From positions 69,936,001-70,000,000 of the forward strand of contig NC_042998.1 in NCBI RefSeq assembly GCF_006345805.1: a DNA stretch of 64,000 nucleotides. The letters are read 5' to 3'. The DNA comes from Octopus sinensis. Its lineage: Eukaryota. Both the position numbers and the translations under genes were made by a program. The notes under the pieces are model-generated. The model was given only the letters and a program-made list of their open reading frames with translations. It was not told the origin of the DNA and did no database searches. Every line of letters begins with the position of its first letter. Position 1 is the stretch's first letter. This document shows, piece after piece, positions 12,650 to 25,624 of the stretch.

Positions 12650-13030
12650 GTGGGGCTGTGTGGTAAGAAGTTTGCTTCCCAGGCACATGATTTAGGGTTC
12701 AGTCCCACCGTGCGGCACCTTGGGTAATTAGCTTCTGCTGTAACCCCAGGCCAACCAAAGCCTTCCGATGGATTTGGTAGACATATTGTTGTATTGTTTG
12801 TTTGTTTGTTTGTGTGTATGTGATTTTGTGTGTGTGTGTGTGTGTGTGTGTGAGTGTGTGTGTGTGTCTGTGTGTGTGTACGTGAGTGAGTTAATACCCT
12901 ACCACTGCATGACGACCGGAGCTGATTTGTTTACGTCTCCGTAAGCTACAAAAGTTAAGTACTGGGGTCGCTTTGTTCGATTAAATCTTTCAATGCGGTT
13001 CCCCGGCATAGCCATAGTTCACAGACTAAA
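12650..13030 (+). mobile_element. Degraded SINE family A
   Basis: ggctgtgtggtaagaagtttgcttccc...ggatttggtagac...(GT)n...tactggggtcgctttgttcga. Confidence 0.75.
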
Positions 13031-13117
13031 ACTAGTATGTTTATAAAAGATATGAACATAAATAAATGAATATTATGTATAAATATTATGTATAAATGTG
13101 TTTGTATATACTTTTCT

Positions 13118-13322
13118 ACTCTAGGCACAAGGCCCGAAATTTTGGGGAAGGGGGCCAGTCGATTAGGTCGATCCCAATACACAACTGGTACTTAATTTAT
13201 CGACCCCTAAAGGATGGAAGGTAAAGTCGACCTCGGTGGAATTTGAACTCAGAACGTAAAGACTGATGAAATACCGCCTAAGCATTTTGCCCGGCGTGCT
13301 AACGTTTTTGCCAGCTCGCCAC
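13118..13322 (-). mobile_element. CORE-type tRNA SINE (family B)
   Basis: Reverse complement ggcgagctggcaaaaacgttagcacgccggg...gttctgagttcaaattccaccgaggtcgac...gtcgataaattaagtaccagtt; matches 50365 and 60721. Confidence 0.85.
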
Positions 13323-13379
13323 CGTGCGCCAGAAACTGCTGTCTCACATTAGCTAGATCCTCAGCCTCACGTTGTATAG

Positions 13380-13600
13380 AAGTCTCCACAACATAGCATC
13401 TGCTATGGTCTGTTGTTCAACACAATTTCATTGGCCAGCCAGGCCTACGCTGCGAAGAGCTATTTTAGAAGTGTAACATCGTTAGAGTGTAACATTAAAT
13501 TCCCTCATACCGTGCTTCCAGTCTTTGGTTTTTAGGCTTAGCGTTTCTTAAGACATCACCTGGAATGATTATATTAGAACCATTATTAAATCAACAGCTA
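13380..13600 (-). mobile_element. Possible RTE-type LINE 3' remnant
   Basis: Minus strand reads SKIALRSVGLAGQ, resembling the RTE RxxLAGH motif; frameshifted. Confidence 0.25.
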
Positions 13601-13699
13601 CGAAGCTTGTTTCTCCCCAGCTGTTATGTCATTATTTTTCAAAAAATTCCTGTAGTCTTCATCTTTACAAGCTTATTTATATACATCACCGTGATCACC

Positions 13700-13984
13700 G
13701 TGACCGACCAGGCTATCAGATGTTGCTACACATCGCTGTTCACAATGCACTTCGCATTGTTTTAGCCTTAAAATGACGCCACCCCGCTGGCTAAGCGAGA
13801 AGTCCAACAGAAGAAAGAGTGAGAGAAAGTTGTGGCGAAAGAGTACAGCAGGGATCGCCAACATCCTCTGCCGGAGCCTCGTGGAGCTTCAGGTGTTTTC
13901 TCTCAATAAACACTCACCATGGGAATCGAAACCGCGATCCTACGACCGCGAGTCCGCTGCCCTAACCACTGGGCCATTGCGCCT

Positions 13985-13986
<2 letters not shown>
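13700..13986 (-). mobile_element. tRNA-derived SINE (family C)
   Basis: Head GGAGGCGCAATGGCCCAGTGGTTAGGGC...GGTTTCGATTCCC with A and B boxes, then a non-tRNA body and a short tandem tail (cacggtgat)x2. Confidence 0.8.
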
Positions 13987-14049
<63 letters not shown>

Positions 14050-14097
14050 TATATTATATATATATATAATATAATATACATATATATATATATATAT

Positions 14098-14141
<44 letters not shown>

Positions 14142-14945
14142 GCATATATATATATATTTTACTGAGATCTCCCTTTAGTAGAAAGAATAGCATAAACTCT
14201 TTGACTGCTATTCTAAATTCGGTGTGTGGTGAGGCAAATCGTTGCTAAACCCTTAATTATTTAGTATACTTAAACTTTCCTCGAATGAGGCTTTTACATG
14301 CCGAAATCTACTTGGTGAAATTAATGATTATTCCAAATTAATTAATTCACCCTATATTATTATGATATATATATATCAAATTTGGGTAAGCACGTGAACC
14401 AGTGTTTCTTCTCTCCTTGGTCAAGGACAAAGAGAGTCTCTAACAATACTGGTCCTGCTTTGCTAGTTAACCTTCAATTACATTTTCATCAACAGGACAT
14501 AACTCTTTTATCATTATTCTGCAAATACTTCATTAATCGTTCTTCTGTCGAGCTTTCTTCTGGCCCTCTTATTAAGGTTACATATCTTTCGATGAATTCT
14601 AATCCCTTTGTTGCCCCGTCTTCTGAGCAGAGCTCTCTACGTTGGGAGCTTCTTTCCTCGAACATCTGCTTCATGTAAATCTCTACCTTTTTGATTCCCT
14701 GAAAGATATAACCTTATTGATATCGATTCTCATGACATTTTCCCCGTTTTCTTTTGTATCTGCTAAAATACTTTCTTCTTGCTTGAAGATATCTGTTGAT
14801 TGCTAGTTGCTCACTTCGCTTTCCAGTGACTTGCAGTGGAGAAGAAAATAATACATATTTATATATACGTATATACACTACCTAATTATATGTATGCATG
14901 TGCACACACATGCACACAAAGACACAGCCACAGACACACACACAC

Positions 14946-14981
<36 letters not shown>

Positions 14982-16129
14982 ACGCACACACATATAAGCT
15001 CTTGAAAAAAAATTCTTGATACTGTCATAATATTTGAAAAAATATCAAAAATTATTAATTATATGGCAAAACAGTTTGAGACAAACCTTTTGGCTGGAAA
15101 GGAATCTTCTCTCCGAATGATTTGTATTATTCTGAATTTTTTCTTTTCAGATTTTTATTATATATTTAATAATTATTGATTGAAGAAAATCTTCTTTCAA
15201 GACACACACACACACATACATATAGATACACGTGTAAATACATACATAGATGCATTCATACATACATAGATGCATTCATACATACATACATGCATTTATA
15301 CATACTACATACATACATACATACATACATACATACATACAAGCATGCATGCACGCATGCATATACTGGGTAGATACCCGAAGCAGTGGCAGAAAATAAA
15401 TAAATTTTAGATCAGTTTAAACATACTTGGGACATATTTGAACTTGAAAAGGGTTTTCACTATAGTTTTGCTGGGGAGAAACGTTAACGCATTAGACAGC
15501 GAGGTGTTAAACCAGTGTAGCTAGCACAGAGCTCCTCTAGGAGCTGGTAGATGTATTTCGATCTTCAATACCCCAGAGACAACTCTGAACTGGCAGGAAA
15601 GTTTATTAAAAGAAATCAGGAAATATCATTTACTGATTGTGCGCGTTGGCAGCCAGGACAGAACAAAAGTGTGGGTATGCGTGCCAGTGACTGAAAATAA
15701 TAATAGAACAAACAACGTTATATAAGTTCATATATGTTTAGGACCAGTCCAGTCCATAGATGGCGCTCCGAGATAGCAACGGTATTTTGAACACCTTGTC
15801 TAAAGCGAGAATTTTTCTCCACTGCAAAACTACAGCGAAAAGCATTTACAAGTTCAAATACATATCAACTTATTCGAACTGATCTAAAATTACATATCCA
15901 CACCATGAAGGGACCTGTTCGCATAATTTATGTATTCAATCCTTTTCTATGTATCAAATTATGGTTTCTATAGTCGAAATATTTGCAGTCTCCGGAAGTA
16001 CATGCCATCTGGAAGTGGCGTATATCACAACTGCGGCTCTACAATTCAGTCAAGAGTCGGTCACTCAAAGCAACCATCAAAACAAACCCATCCATCCATC
16101 CATCTTTAATTTATAGTTTAAACAAATTA

Positions 16130-16620
16130 CTTACGAAAAGCGTTTATCAAAATTTATCACATCCTATTCTATTTTCTGTTGCCATCGTTCTGACGAAGCT
16201 CAATCCCTCGTTTGGCTGGTTTACAAGAAGCAAAAGAGTCCCTGCACCCGTTTTCAACCTCATCCACATTGCTGAACTTCTGTCTGTGCAGAAAATGAGT
16301 CATAACTCGGAAAATACGGCAATCTAATGGTGAAAGATCTAGTGTGCAGGAACGGTGAGGCAGCACTTCTAGCGCCTCAAGTTTCTCAAATTTGCACTTG
16401 ATCAGATTGACTGTGTGTGCTAGGGCATTGTCATGCAGTAGGAGTGCGCACCTCCGATTGACCAATGCCGATTAGTGGGCTTTCAAAGCATCAAATACTC
16501 ACTGCAGTTGAGCATAAAGGCATCACCATCTTGAAAAAGCTCAAAGTGCAATATTCCCTCGAAACTCCAATAAAACACATGATCTTCTGTTCAAACCGCC
16601 ATGTTTTGAGAGCAGATTTT
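16130..16620 (-). mobile_element. Mariner transposase remnant (catalytic domain)
   Basis: LLHDNALAHT...LEVLPHRSCTLDLSPLDCRIFR, a decayed HDNA..H and HPPYSPDLAPSD. Confidence 0.85.
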
Positions 16621-16774
16621 AAAACCTGACCAGTTCATATGGTATATGTGAAACTGAAGAACAAACAATTCAGCAACGATTGACAAGTTGTATCAAATTA
16701 ATTTTATGATGACATAGAGACACAAGTTGCCAAAATAATTAGTGAAAATCCGAAAAAAATCATTTGATAGACAT

Positions 16775-17054
16775 CGCTAGCTACTACACATTCTTTATTT
16801 TCTCTCCTTGTTTCTTTCTGTGGAAGAGCGTAGGCTCGAAATGTTAAAGACTTCTTCACTTCCCGAGCGTTAAACTAATACATCTGTTTATTTTCTACAC
16901 CACCTGTCTTCGTCTTTTGTTTTTTTGTGAATTCTCCACCACCTCTCTCTCTATATATATGTATAAATGGTAATTTTTTGCTAACCTCGTAACTATTTAT
17001 CTATTTTTTCCGTGTTAATTGTTACCAAGGGAAAAATACACAAGCACACACACA

Positions 17055-17091
<37 letters not shown>

Positions 17092-17290
17092 TATATATAT
17101 ATATATATAGGGTCGCTAGCCACTACACATTCTTTATTTTCTCTCCCTGTTTCTTTCTGTGTTCTTTTCTGTGGAAGAGCGTAGGCTCGAAACGTTAAAG
17201 ACATTTTCACTTCCCGAGCGTCAAACTAATACATCTGTTTATTGTCTACACCATCTGTCTTCATCTTTTTTTGTGAATTCTCCCTATATA
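16775..17290 (+). repeat. Two direct copies (about 16775-16935 and 17112-17290) of a roughly 170-bp element carrying a hammerhead-like motif
   Basis: cgctagc.actacacattctttatt...ctgtggaagagcgtaggctcgaaa.gttaaagac...gtgaattctcc occurs twice; a 3' fragment also occurs near 60520-60600. Confidence 0.9.
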
Positions 17291-17329
17291 TAGGGTCAGT
17301 TGGGCGCAGTCTGTGAGAGAAACAGCACC

Positions 17330-18081
17330 ATGACACAATTCACTCTGCCAGAAATTTGGAAACATGCTGTACTGCTTGGTATTCGTGTCGGAAGCTCCTA
17401 TACAAACTGATGGCGAGCACACAGAACAACAGTTGGCTTGCTGTGTCCCCAAAACATGTACTGAGAGTGATAAAAATCAAATGTCCACTCAACATTATGG
17501 TGTTTGGAGTGATCATTAGAAATGGCTACGTTATGCCTCCATTCGTGTTCTGACACGGCCTCGTACTCAACACGGAAGCCCACAAGTGCCAGGAGGAGGT
17601 TGTGCTGCCCTGGGCCAAGAGGGTGGTTGCTGCAAGACCCTATGTTTGGTAACAAGACTCTGCACCATGCCACACAAGCAGGAGAATTCAGTCATGGTTG
17701 TCAGATAATTTCTGCGACTACGTCACCCCTAACATTTGGCCACCTAACTCCCCAAACTGCAATCTCCTTGATTATTATGTGTGGGGCACAGTTGAGCAAG
17801 AGACCAACAAAACTCCTTGTAACACCAAAGATGAGCTAAAGGCAAGGATTATGGAAGCATTCACCAACTTTAAGAAGGAGACCGTCCAGAAGAGTTGCAG
17901 CAGATTCCGAAGTCGTCTGGAGGCCGTGGTTGAAGCCAATGGCAATTTTATTGAATGAATTTTCTCTTTAGTATTTCAAGATATTTTAATGTAATTTTGG
18001 TAAATATATCTGTCAAAATGAGATGTCAGTATTATTTTGATTTTTCCGTATTTTAAACGACAATATATTCAACGCACCCTG
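17330..18081 (+). mobile_element. Tc1/mariner DD37D (maT-like) transposon, 5'-truncated
   Basis: QDSAPCHT...WPPNSPNCNLLDYYVWG...RFRSRLEAVVEANGNFIE; 37 residues between the last two catalytic D by my count; ends caccctg|TA. Confidence 0.85.
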
Positions 18082-18511
18082 TATATACGTACATACATAC
18101 ATACATACATGCATACATACATGCATACATACAAACATGCATGCATACACACACACACACACCACACACACACATACACACACACACATATGTAGGTATT
18201 AATGTATTATGTATGAATTATATATATATCATTGGGCTGCGGCCATGTTGAGCATCGTCTTAAAGCGTTTAATCGACACTAATCGCCCCCACTACATATC
18301 TTAAGTCTGGTGAATATAATAGACAATAGATACTTAATAAGCAAATTAGTGTGGGTATCAACAGACGCAAACACTGCGGACGCTCACTCAACATAAATTT
18401 GTACGCCATCTTGAGAGTATATTCTAAAGGAAAGCCGGTGTGTGTGTGAGTGACTTCCTGTTCGCATTCCAGTGCGTGCGTGCGTGTGTGTGTGATTGTG
18501 TGTGCGCGCGC

Positions 18512-18545
<34 letters not shown>

Positions 18546-19480
18546 TTGTGTATGTGCGTGTGTGCGTGCACGTGCGTGCGTGTATGTGTGTGCGTGTGTT
18601 TGCATGTGTGTTTGTACGTGTATGAGTATGTGTAATTGCGTGTATGTGAACGTGCAAGTGTGTAAATGCATGTGTGTGAAAAAAAAAGAGAAAGAAAGCG
18701 GGAAACGGAGAGAGAAGGTGAGAGAGTGAGAGAGAGAGAGAGAAAAAGAAAGAGAGAGACAGAGACTATGTGAATGTGTGTTAAACTCGTCTGAATGTTA
18801 GTTTATGTTTATGTATGCATGTGCGCGTATGTCCATGTATGCGTGTGTACGTGTGTGTGTGTCTATCTGCGTAGGTATAGTGTGTGGATGCATGTTGGGG
18901 CATTTCGTGTGTGTGTGTGTGTGTGTGCACATTGTGTGTATGTATGTGTGTATGATGTGTTATAAATGATGCGTGTGTGTGTCTCTGTGTGTGTGCGCGT
19001 GTCTATCTGTGTATGTGTTGAGTGTGGATCCATGTTAGGGTATCATGTGTGTGCACACACTGTGTACATGCATGTGTGTATGGTGCGTGTTACAAATGAT
19101 GAGTGTGTGTATATGTGTGTGTGTGGTGTGTGTGTGTGTGTGTGTGTGTGAGTGCGTGTTTTAAAAGGAAGCAGCCCTTTATATTCTCAAATACAAATCC
19201 ATATATACATATATAGAAGCACAGACATGAATGCAAAATTCGTATACACAGACTGACACACGCAATTTTTCCCTCCCAAAGCCACAACCATCCCCCAGCT
19301 CTTTGTATATTTACAAACAAACAATCGAACAAAAAATTTGAAAAAAAAAAGAATATAACGTACATACCTTGCATGATGATATTCGAACATACAAACACAA
19401 TCAGATTTATACAAATGAACGTACACACAGACGCACACACGTAATGAATGCATGCGAGTGTGTGTATGTACGTATGTATG

Positions 19481-19511
<31 letters not shown>

Positions 19512-19858
19512 TATATCAATGTATTTATATTTACATACACTCACACATGGACACAAGTGTAAATAGTATATCCATATAACGATAGAGATGTGCATATGAA
19601 CACATGTGTGTGTGTTATATATATATATATATATATAATATATATATATACATACATATACATATATATATGTATATATATAATAGGATATATATAGGTA
19701 TATATATGTATATATATGTGTGTGTGTATGTATGTCTATCTATCTATATCTATATCTATTATATTATATTTCATTATATTATATTATATTATATATATAT
19801 ATATAGATATATATATATATATATATATAATATATATATATTACATATATTATATATA

Positions 19859-19889
<31 letters not shown>

Positions 19890-20393
19890 ATGTATTTATG
19901 TATGTATATTTTAGCGTATGTGAACTTATATATATACAGTATTGTTCGGCTCACCAGGCCCCCCGCCCCATTCAGCCGATCGTTCTGCTAAAGAAGGAAG
20001 CTGGAAATTCAATGATGAGAGAATAATGATACTTTACTGAAGGAATACGGCGGAATGTATCGAACTGGCGATGGGTGATAGTGGCAGGGGTTGCGGAAAA
20101 GGGGAATAAAAAAAAAAGGGGGGGGGGGCAAAAGAAGCTGGTTGTAATGAAGGGTGTAGCAGGATAAGAGGTGTAGGGAACAGCATGCCGTGGAAGGATT
20201 AGATGGAGAAGAAGATATATGTATGTATGTATATTTATATCTATATATATGATATATATATATACACATGTACATATATACACAATATATATATATATAT
20301 ACCCATATATATTTATAAGTATGTGTATATATATATAATATATATATATATATAATATATATATATATATAGATATATATATATATATATATA

Positions 20394-20439
<46 letters not shown>

Positions 20440-20599
20440 GGGAGAGAAGGAGAGAGAGAGAGAAAGAAAGAGAGGAAGAGAGAGCGTGCGTGTACACACA
20501 CACATCATATATGTAGAAAAAATATTACATTTACTTTAAGATTTCTGCTAAGTAGAGTATTCATTAGACGGCTGTGATTCGATTGAAGATTTGTGTATA

Positions 20600-20662
<63 letters not shown>

Positions 20663-21182
20663 AAATGTGTGTGTATATATATATATGTGTACACATGTCT
20701 ATATACATATATACATACATATATGTATGTAACAGGTCAGGATCCAACAAAGAAAACATATAAAGCGAGCGCAGTGGTTTCGATTCTTAGGACAGCCCTG
20801 CTGCCTTAGTAGCGTCAGAAATTATCTGATATGTGTATTTTAGGGTTTGATATTTTTGAGTTGAAGCATGAAGGACAAAAGATACATACTTAAGCTCTAG
20901 ACACTGGGACGGAAAAAAATATAAATGAAAACACGTTTGTCTTTTGCAGTGAAAATGAAGTAGAATCACAGAAGACGGTAATGCACATGAGCAATGCTGG
21001 AAGAAGAATGACTTAGAGAATTAGATTCCCGAAGAGTTGTACTTCAACAAGTAGAAATACAGTGGAGAGATGCAGAGAGATGTTGGTGCGCTCGCTGAGA
21101 GAGCTGGATTTGGAAATCTGGATAAGGAGCGGAGTAGGAAATGAAGAGAGTTGTATGCGGGGAACAGAAAGTGGCAGAGAGC

Positions 21183-21216
<34 letters not shown>

Positions 21217-21854
21217 CCTCTCTCTCGCACACGCACTTGCACGCGCAATCACATTAGGACTCGTACCGTCGCCACTCAGAGTTCCACGCCACGTATGTTC
21301 AGCTATTCAATGATTTAACGCATATATTATGAAACTGAGTGGCAACGGAGTGAGTCAACAATTGGTTGCTAATGAATACGATGCTTCACATCATGTGCTG
21401 AGTGCAGCTAAGCAGAAAGTGAAAAATTCAGTATCTTAATTTGTTGAATAATTCAATATTTCGGGTAAAAATGGCTTTTTTCAAAGAGTGAAGAGAACAG
21501 GTATAAACGACTTGGTTCGTCGCGGTTTCATATCTGTGGGAGGTTGTAAAGCTACTTGCCCTTGTATTGTGGAAAATATTGGGGCTTCAACTGTGAGTAA
21601 TTTCTCAGAATTTCGGTAATCTCTTTAAGTTATTTTGTCAGTAAATGGCATTAGCAGCCATGTGTGTATGAAGAGAAAGTGAGTTCTTATTGTGCATTGT
21701 ACGTAGACAAGAGCGAGTAACTTGATTAAGCTATCACTTAAATCCATATACATAAATACGTACGTACATGCACACACGTACATACATACATACTACATAC
21801 ATACATACATACATACATACATACATCGACAGGCTAATTTGTACGTTACAAGTC

Positions 21855-21925
21855 CAATCTGTGATTGGAACTGTAAAAATATGCAGGACTTTTCTCAAGT
21901 TCCAAATGTGAATTTATTCCGACTT
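21855..21925 (+). mobile_element. Short 3' fragment of the same RLE LINE family as 6075
   Basis: QVQSVIGTVKIC, homologous to the 6075-6320 fragment. Confidence 0.6.
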
Positions 21926-21975
21926 CCTACTCAGTGGAATATTTATAATAAATAAAAAAATAGAAGAGACATGCA

Positions 21976-22006
<31 letters not shown>

Positions 22007-22401
22007 GTGATTTTATAAAGTATAATGCTATATCTATTATAGTTTCTGACTTCCAGTATAATTTGCGTGGAATATTTTCGAAGTAACCCTTAGACGAATG
22101 AAGGAAAGTCACACCTGGTTACACTTGATAATGCAAAAAATTATATTCAACGGCGATCAAAACTCCCAGTCACATGTGATCAGGTTAAATTAAAGCCAGG
22201 AGCACATTTCTTATTTACATATAAATATGCCAAAGCTAAATGTATGGCTTGTCACGTCGTTAGTTGAAGGGAATGGCAAGAAAAGAAAGAGCAGAGTGTC
22301 AGTGGTCATAGTTAAGAGAAAGGATTGTTATTGTTTGATGTGAAGATAAAAATAATAGACGAAAACTCTTATGATAAAAGAGGGACCAGTATATGACAAT
22401 G

Positions 22402-22727
22402 GTGAGGGCGCGTGGCTTAGTGGTTAGGGCATTCGGCTCATGATCGTAAGGTTGTGAGTTCGATTCCCGGCGACGCGTTGTGTCCCTGAGCAAGACACTT
22501 TATTTCACGTTGCTCCAGTCCACTCAGCTGGCAAAAATGAGTTGTACTTGTATTTCAAAGGGTCAGCCTTGTCACTCTCTGTGTCACGCTGATTATCCCC
22601 GAGAACTACGTTAAGGGTACACGTGTCTGTGGAATGCTCAGCCATTTGCACGTTAATTTCACGAGCAAGCTGTTCCGTTGATCGTATCAGCTGGGACCCT
22701 CGTCGTCGTAACCGGCGGAGTCTTTTA
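22402..22727 (+). mobile_element. Full-length tRNA-derived SINE (family D) with an 11-bp target-site duplication
   Basis: GGCTTAGTGGTTAGG...GAGTTCGATTCCC head; flanked by atatgacaatg at 22391-22401 and 22728-22738. Confidence 0.9.
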
Positions 22728-23379
22728 ATATGACAATGAATATTGTTTTCTCCACCACTGCACTTTCATGACTTCCTATGTGAATATCACAGAATCTCAA
22801 GATGAAAATCTACAATTTTAAAGTAAATCGTGTGTTTCATGGTTCTTTTAAAACCTCCAACAGTCTTATAGATTTTTTTCAAATAAATTGATAAAGATTT
22901 GTTACAGCTTTACCAACATACAGTGAAAGAATAATATTATTGATAATGTCTTCGACTTTGTTCCATAGGTAATATTGCTTGCTTTTTTGACGTAAAATGG
23001 AAAATAACACAAGTAGAAAAGGTAAGAATATAGATTTTAGAGACGTCGTGTCTTGGGTTGCACATTTAATACTACCCAGGTTGTCTTTTACACCACTTCA
23101 AGAATCTAATGTTTCAGAAAAATATACAGTTCCTTTTTACAATTTTCAAAATAACAGAGGAATTTTTACGAATCCTGCTAGTTAATTATAAATAGTTGTA
23201 GGTTATTTTCCTTCGGCTAATTAAGAATATAAATATGAAAAAGAAAAATTGCTACTTATAATTTTCAGGAAGGAGATGTTTACCACAAGTTAACTGAAGT
23301 TGAGCGGTAGTGGTGTATGTTTGGAAATGTATTTGTCTGTATATTAGTTGAATTTTGGAAAAAGATGAAAATTTTGCTT

Positions 23380-23970
23380 TGATGATGGAAAAGAAAGAGA
23401 AAATAACATCTGAATATATTGAGGTAAAAGCATAGGTTTACAGAAACTAATGAGTTCAATTCTCTTTTCGGATATATAAAAGGTAGGGTTTATAAATAAT
23501 GGGTGATGGTATAAATTCCAGTTTTTAAATGATATTTATCGAAATGACAGTATGTCCTGAGGATTCTTGATTTGGCGTATCTTTCGAAGACCTTCGATTA
23601 TATATTAAATGTTGTACTGCATTTTCTCAATAGTTAGAAATATTTCGTTTCTTTTCGTTCTTCTTTTCTATGTCCCTGAAAAAAATGGCTGAAATATCTT
23701 TACTTGAATTTAATTTCCACTATAGTATGTTTGGACTAGTGTAGGTGTTCTCTGCCTCATAAATGATAGTTTCAGCATTGCATGACTTATTAAGGAGGCA
23801 GGTATTTGTGCGTCTACGTGAACAGATCGCTCAAGTTGATTTAGTTAAATTGTTTCTAATTAAGCTTTTCATGCTCGTGATGGAGCTGTAGCTGAGTTTT
23901 AAGTTATTTCTATTGAATAATTTCTTGCAATGATGGTTAATTTGGAGTTGCAAAATAGAGGCGGAAGACG
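23380..23970 (-). mobile_element. Penelope-like element, RT-linker and GIY-YIG endonuclease remnant
   Basis: HHCKKLFNRNNLKLSYSSITSMKSLI...CSRRRTNTCLLNKSCNAETIIYEAE...FK*RYFSH matches the PLE pattern KIFNRNTLKLSYSC..CNC..CPL..C..VIY.A. Confidence 0.7.
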
Positions 23971-25441
23971 TGTACAACAACTAGCGGAAAGGGCAACATG
24001 CAGACACAAATAAACCTATCTCATTAGCCAACTTTCGTTTCAAAATAATTAGGATGTCGGCATTTGGAAAATAAAAGCTAGTATCCTTCATCTGGAAAGT
24101 GCCAATGTTCATGCAAAACAAAACGAAGATAAATCTCGGGTATAAAAATACAGAGGACGTTTAAAAATAGTCTTACGACTGAAAAGGAAGACAGGAGGGA
24201 CAAACCAACACACAAAACAAAAACTAACGAATGCAGTATAAGAAAAGGAAGAGCAAACATGTAAAATAACATCGTTCATAAAAAAAGTATAATAGACTCT
24301 TGTCGGATATACAACCTGATCAGAGACTGCTATTGGACACATGACGGCCATGAGACAAAGACTAACATAAAAGATTGTTGAATATTAGCATGAGTAGCTG
24401 ATATGAAAAGAAGAGGGAGTGAGGAACAGGGGGAGAGTGGGTAAATAGATCGGGAGGAAGATAATGTGAGTCTTAGTGGGAGAACGCAAATTAATTTGTA
24501 TGAAAAATATGACTGTGTACGGTAGAAATGAAAATTAGAAATAATGGTGGAAGGTGTAACAAACAACTAACAGAAAGAATAAAATACAGACATAGAATAA
24601 AACCATTTCCTCAGCCAATTTTCATTCCAGAATCCCTCAGATTTCGTAGCTTCGATAAAAGGTTGGCATCCTTCACTTGGAAAACACTAGGATTCGCCCA
24701 AAACAAAACGAAGACCAGTTTTGCTACTAACAGCACGCTGGACGTTAAAAAAGTTTGGGAGATGTTTGCTTGTTAAGGTAAAGACATTTTCACAGTGGCT
24801 TGTGAATAGATTTATATTTAATCTTATCTTTGCATTCTTTTAGTCTTCTACTAGTTTCAGTGCTATAGTCATAATGGGACATCCCTTCAGAGATTTTGTC
24901 GATCTTTATTTGTCGAATTGTTAAGTTCCAAGACATAAATGAACACTGACATAACCTAAACTGGCTTTTGTCGAACAAACATTTCGAGTCACCGGTTTAG
25001 AATTGATCAACATCAAATTTAAATCTTGAGTCCCTTTCATAGTTGAGATTTTAAAACACGCTACTGGCGATCCTAATATTATTCCATTACTTGTGGTTAA
25101 TTACCCACAAAATATTGCCATTATTATTGCTTTTTTTCCCTCATTAACCCGATCTGTTTAACCCCATTTGGGAGCAGAGGTGAAATTTTGATTACGGTCT
25201 TTGAGTGAGATATACGTTTTTCATTTCATTTTACAGGCTATTCTGTTGTCAAGTTTTAAGTAAGTTTTATCTTGTGCGTCATTATTTATGTTATCTTAAG
25301 TATCTGAGCTGTCTTTTTCTTTTATTAATAATTTGTAGGTACGTGGTATTTCGTAATGCAATCATAATATACTAGGAAGTATATCAAACGTTTTATAAGT
25401 CAATACCACGTTCTTCTGCGTTAGCAGTGCACTTTCTGCAT

Positions 25442-25624
25442 TATTTATTAAGATTATCTCTGTAGGCATTCTATAGAAATAGCCAGCACTGGTTTTTGCT
25501 ACGATGTTTCGTATCCGAGACGTCAGATGTAAACCAACAGTGCGATTATATACGAAACATCGTAGCAAAAGTCAATGCTAGCTACAATTTCTATACAATG
25601 CCTATAGAGATAAGTTTAATAAAT
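25442..25624. repeat. Imperfect inverted repeat (arms of about 73 bp, 35-nt spacer)
   Basis: 25442-25514 is the reverse complement of 25550-25624 with several mismatches. Confidence 0.85.

Noticed and set aside
13925-13986. tRNA gene (also 22402-22470 and 63110-63170)
   Set aside because: A and B boxes are present, but there is no acceptor stem or terminator and the sequence continues into a SINE body.
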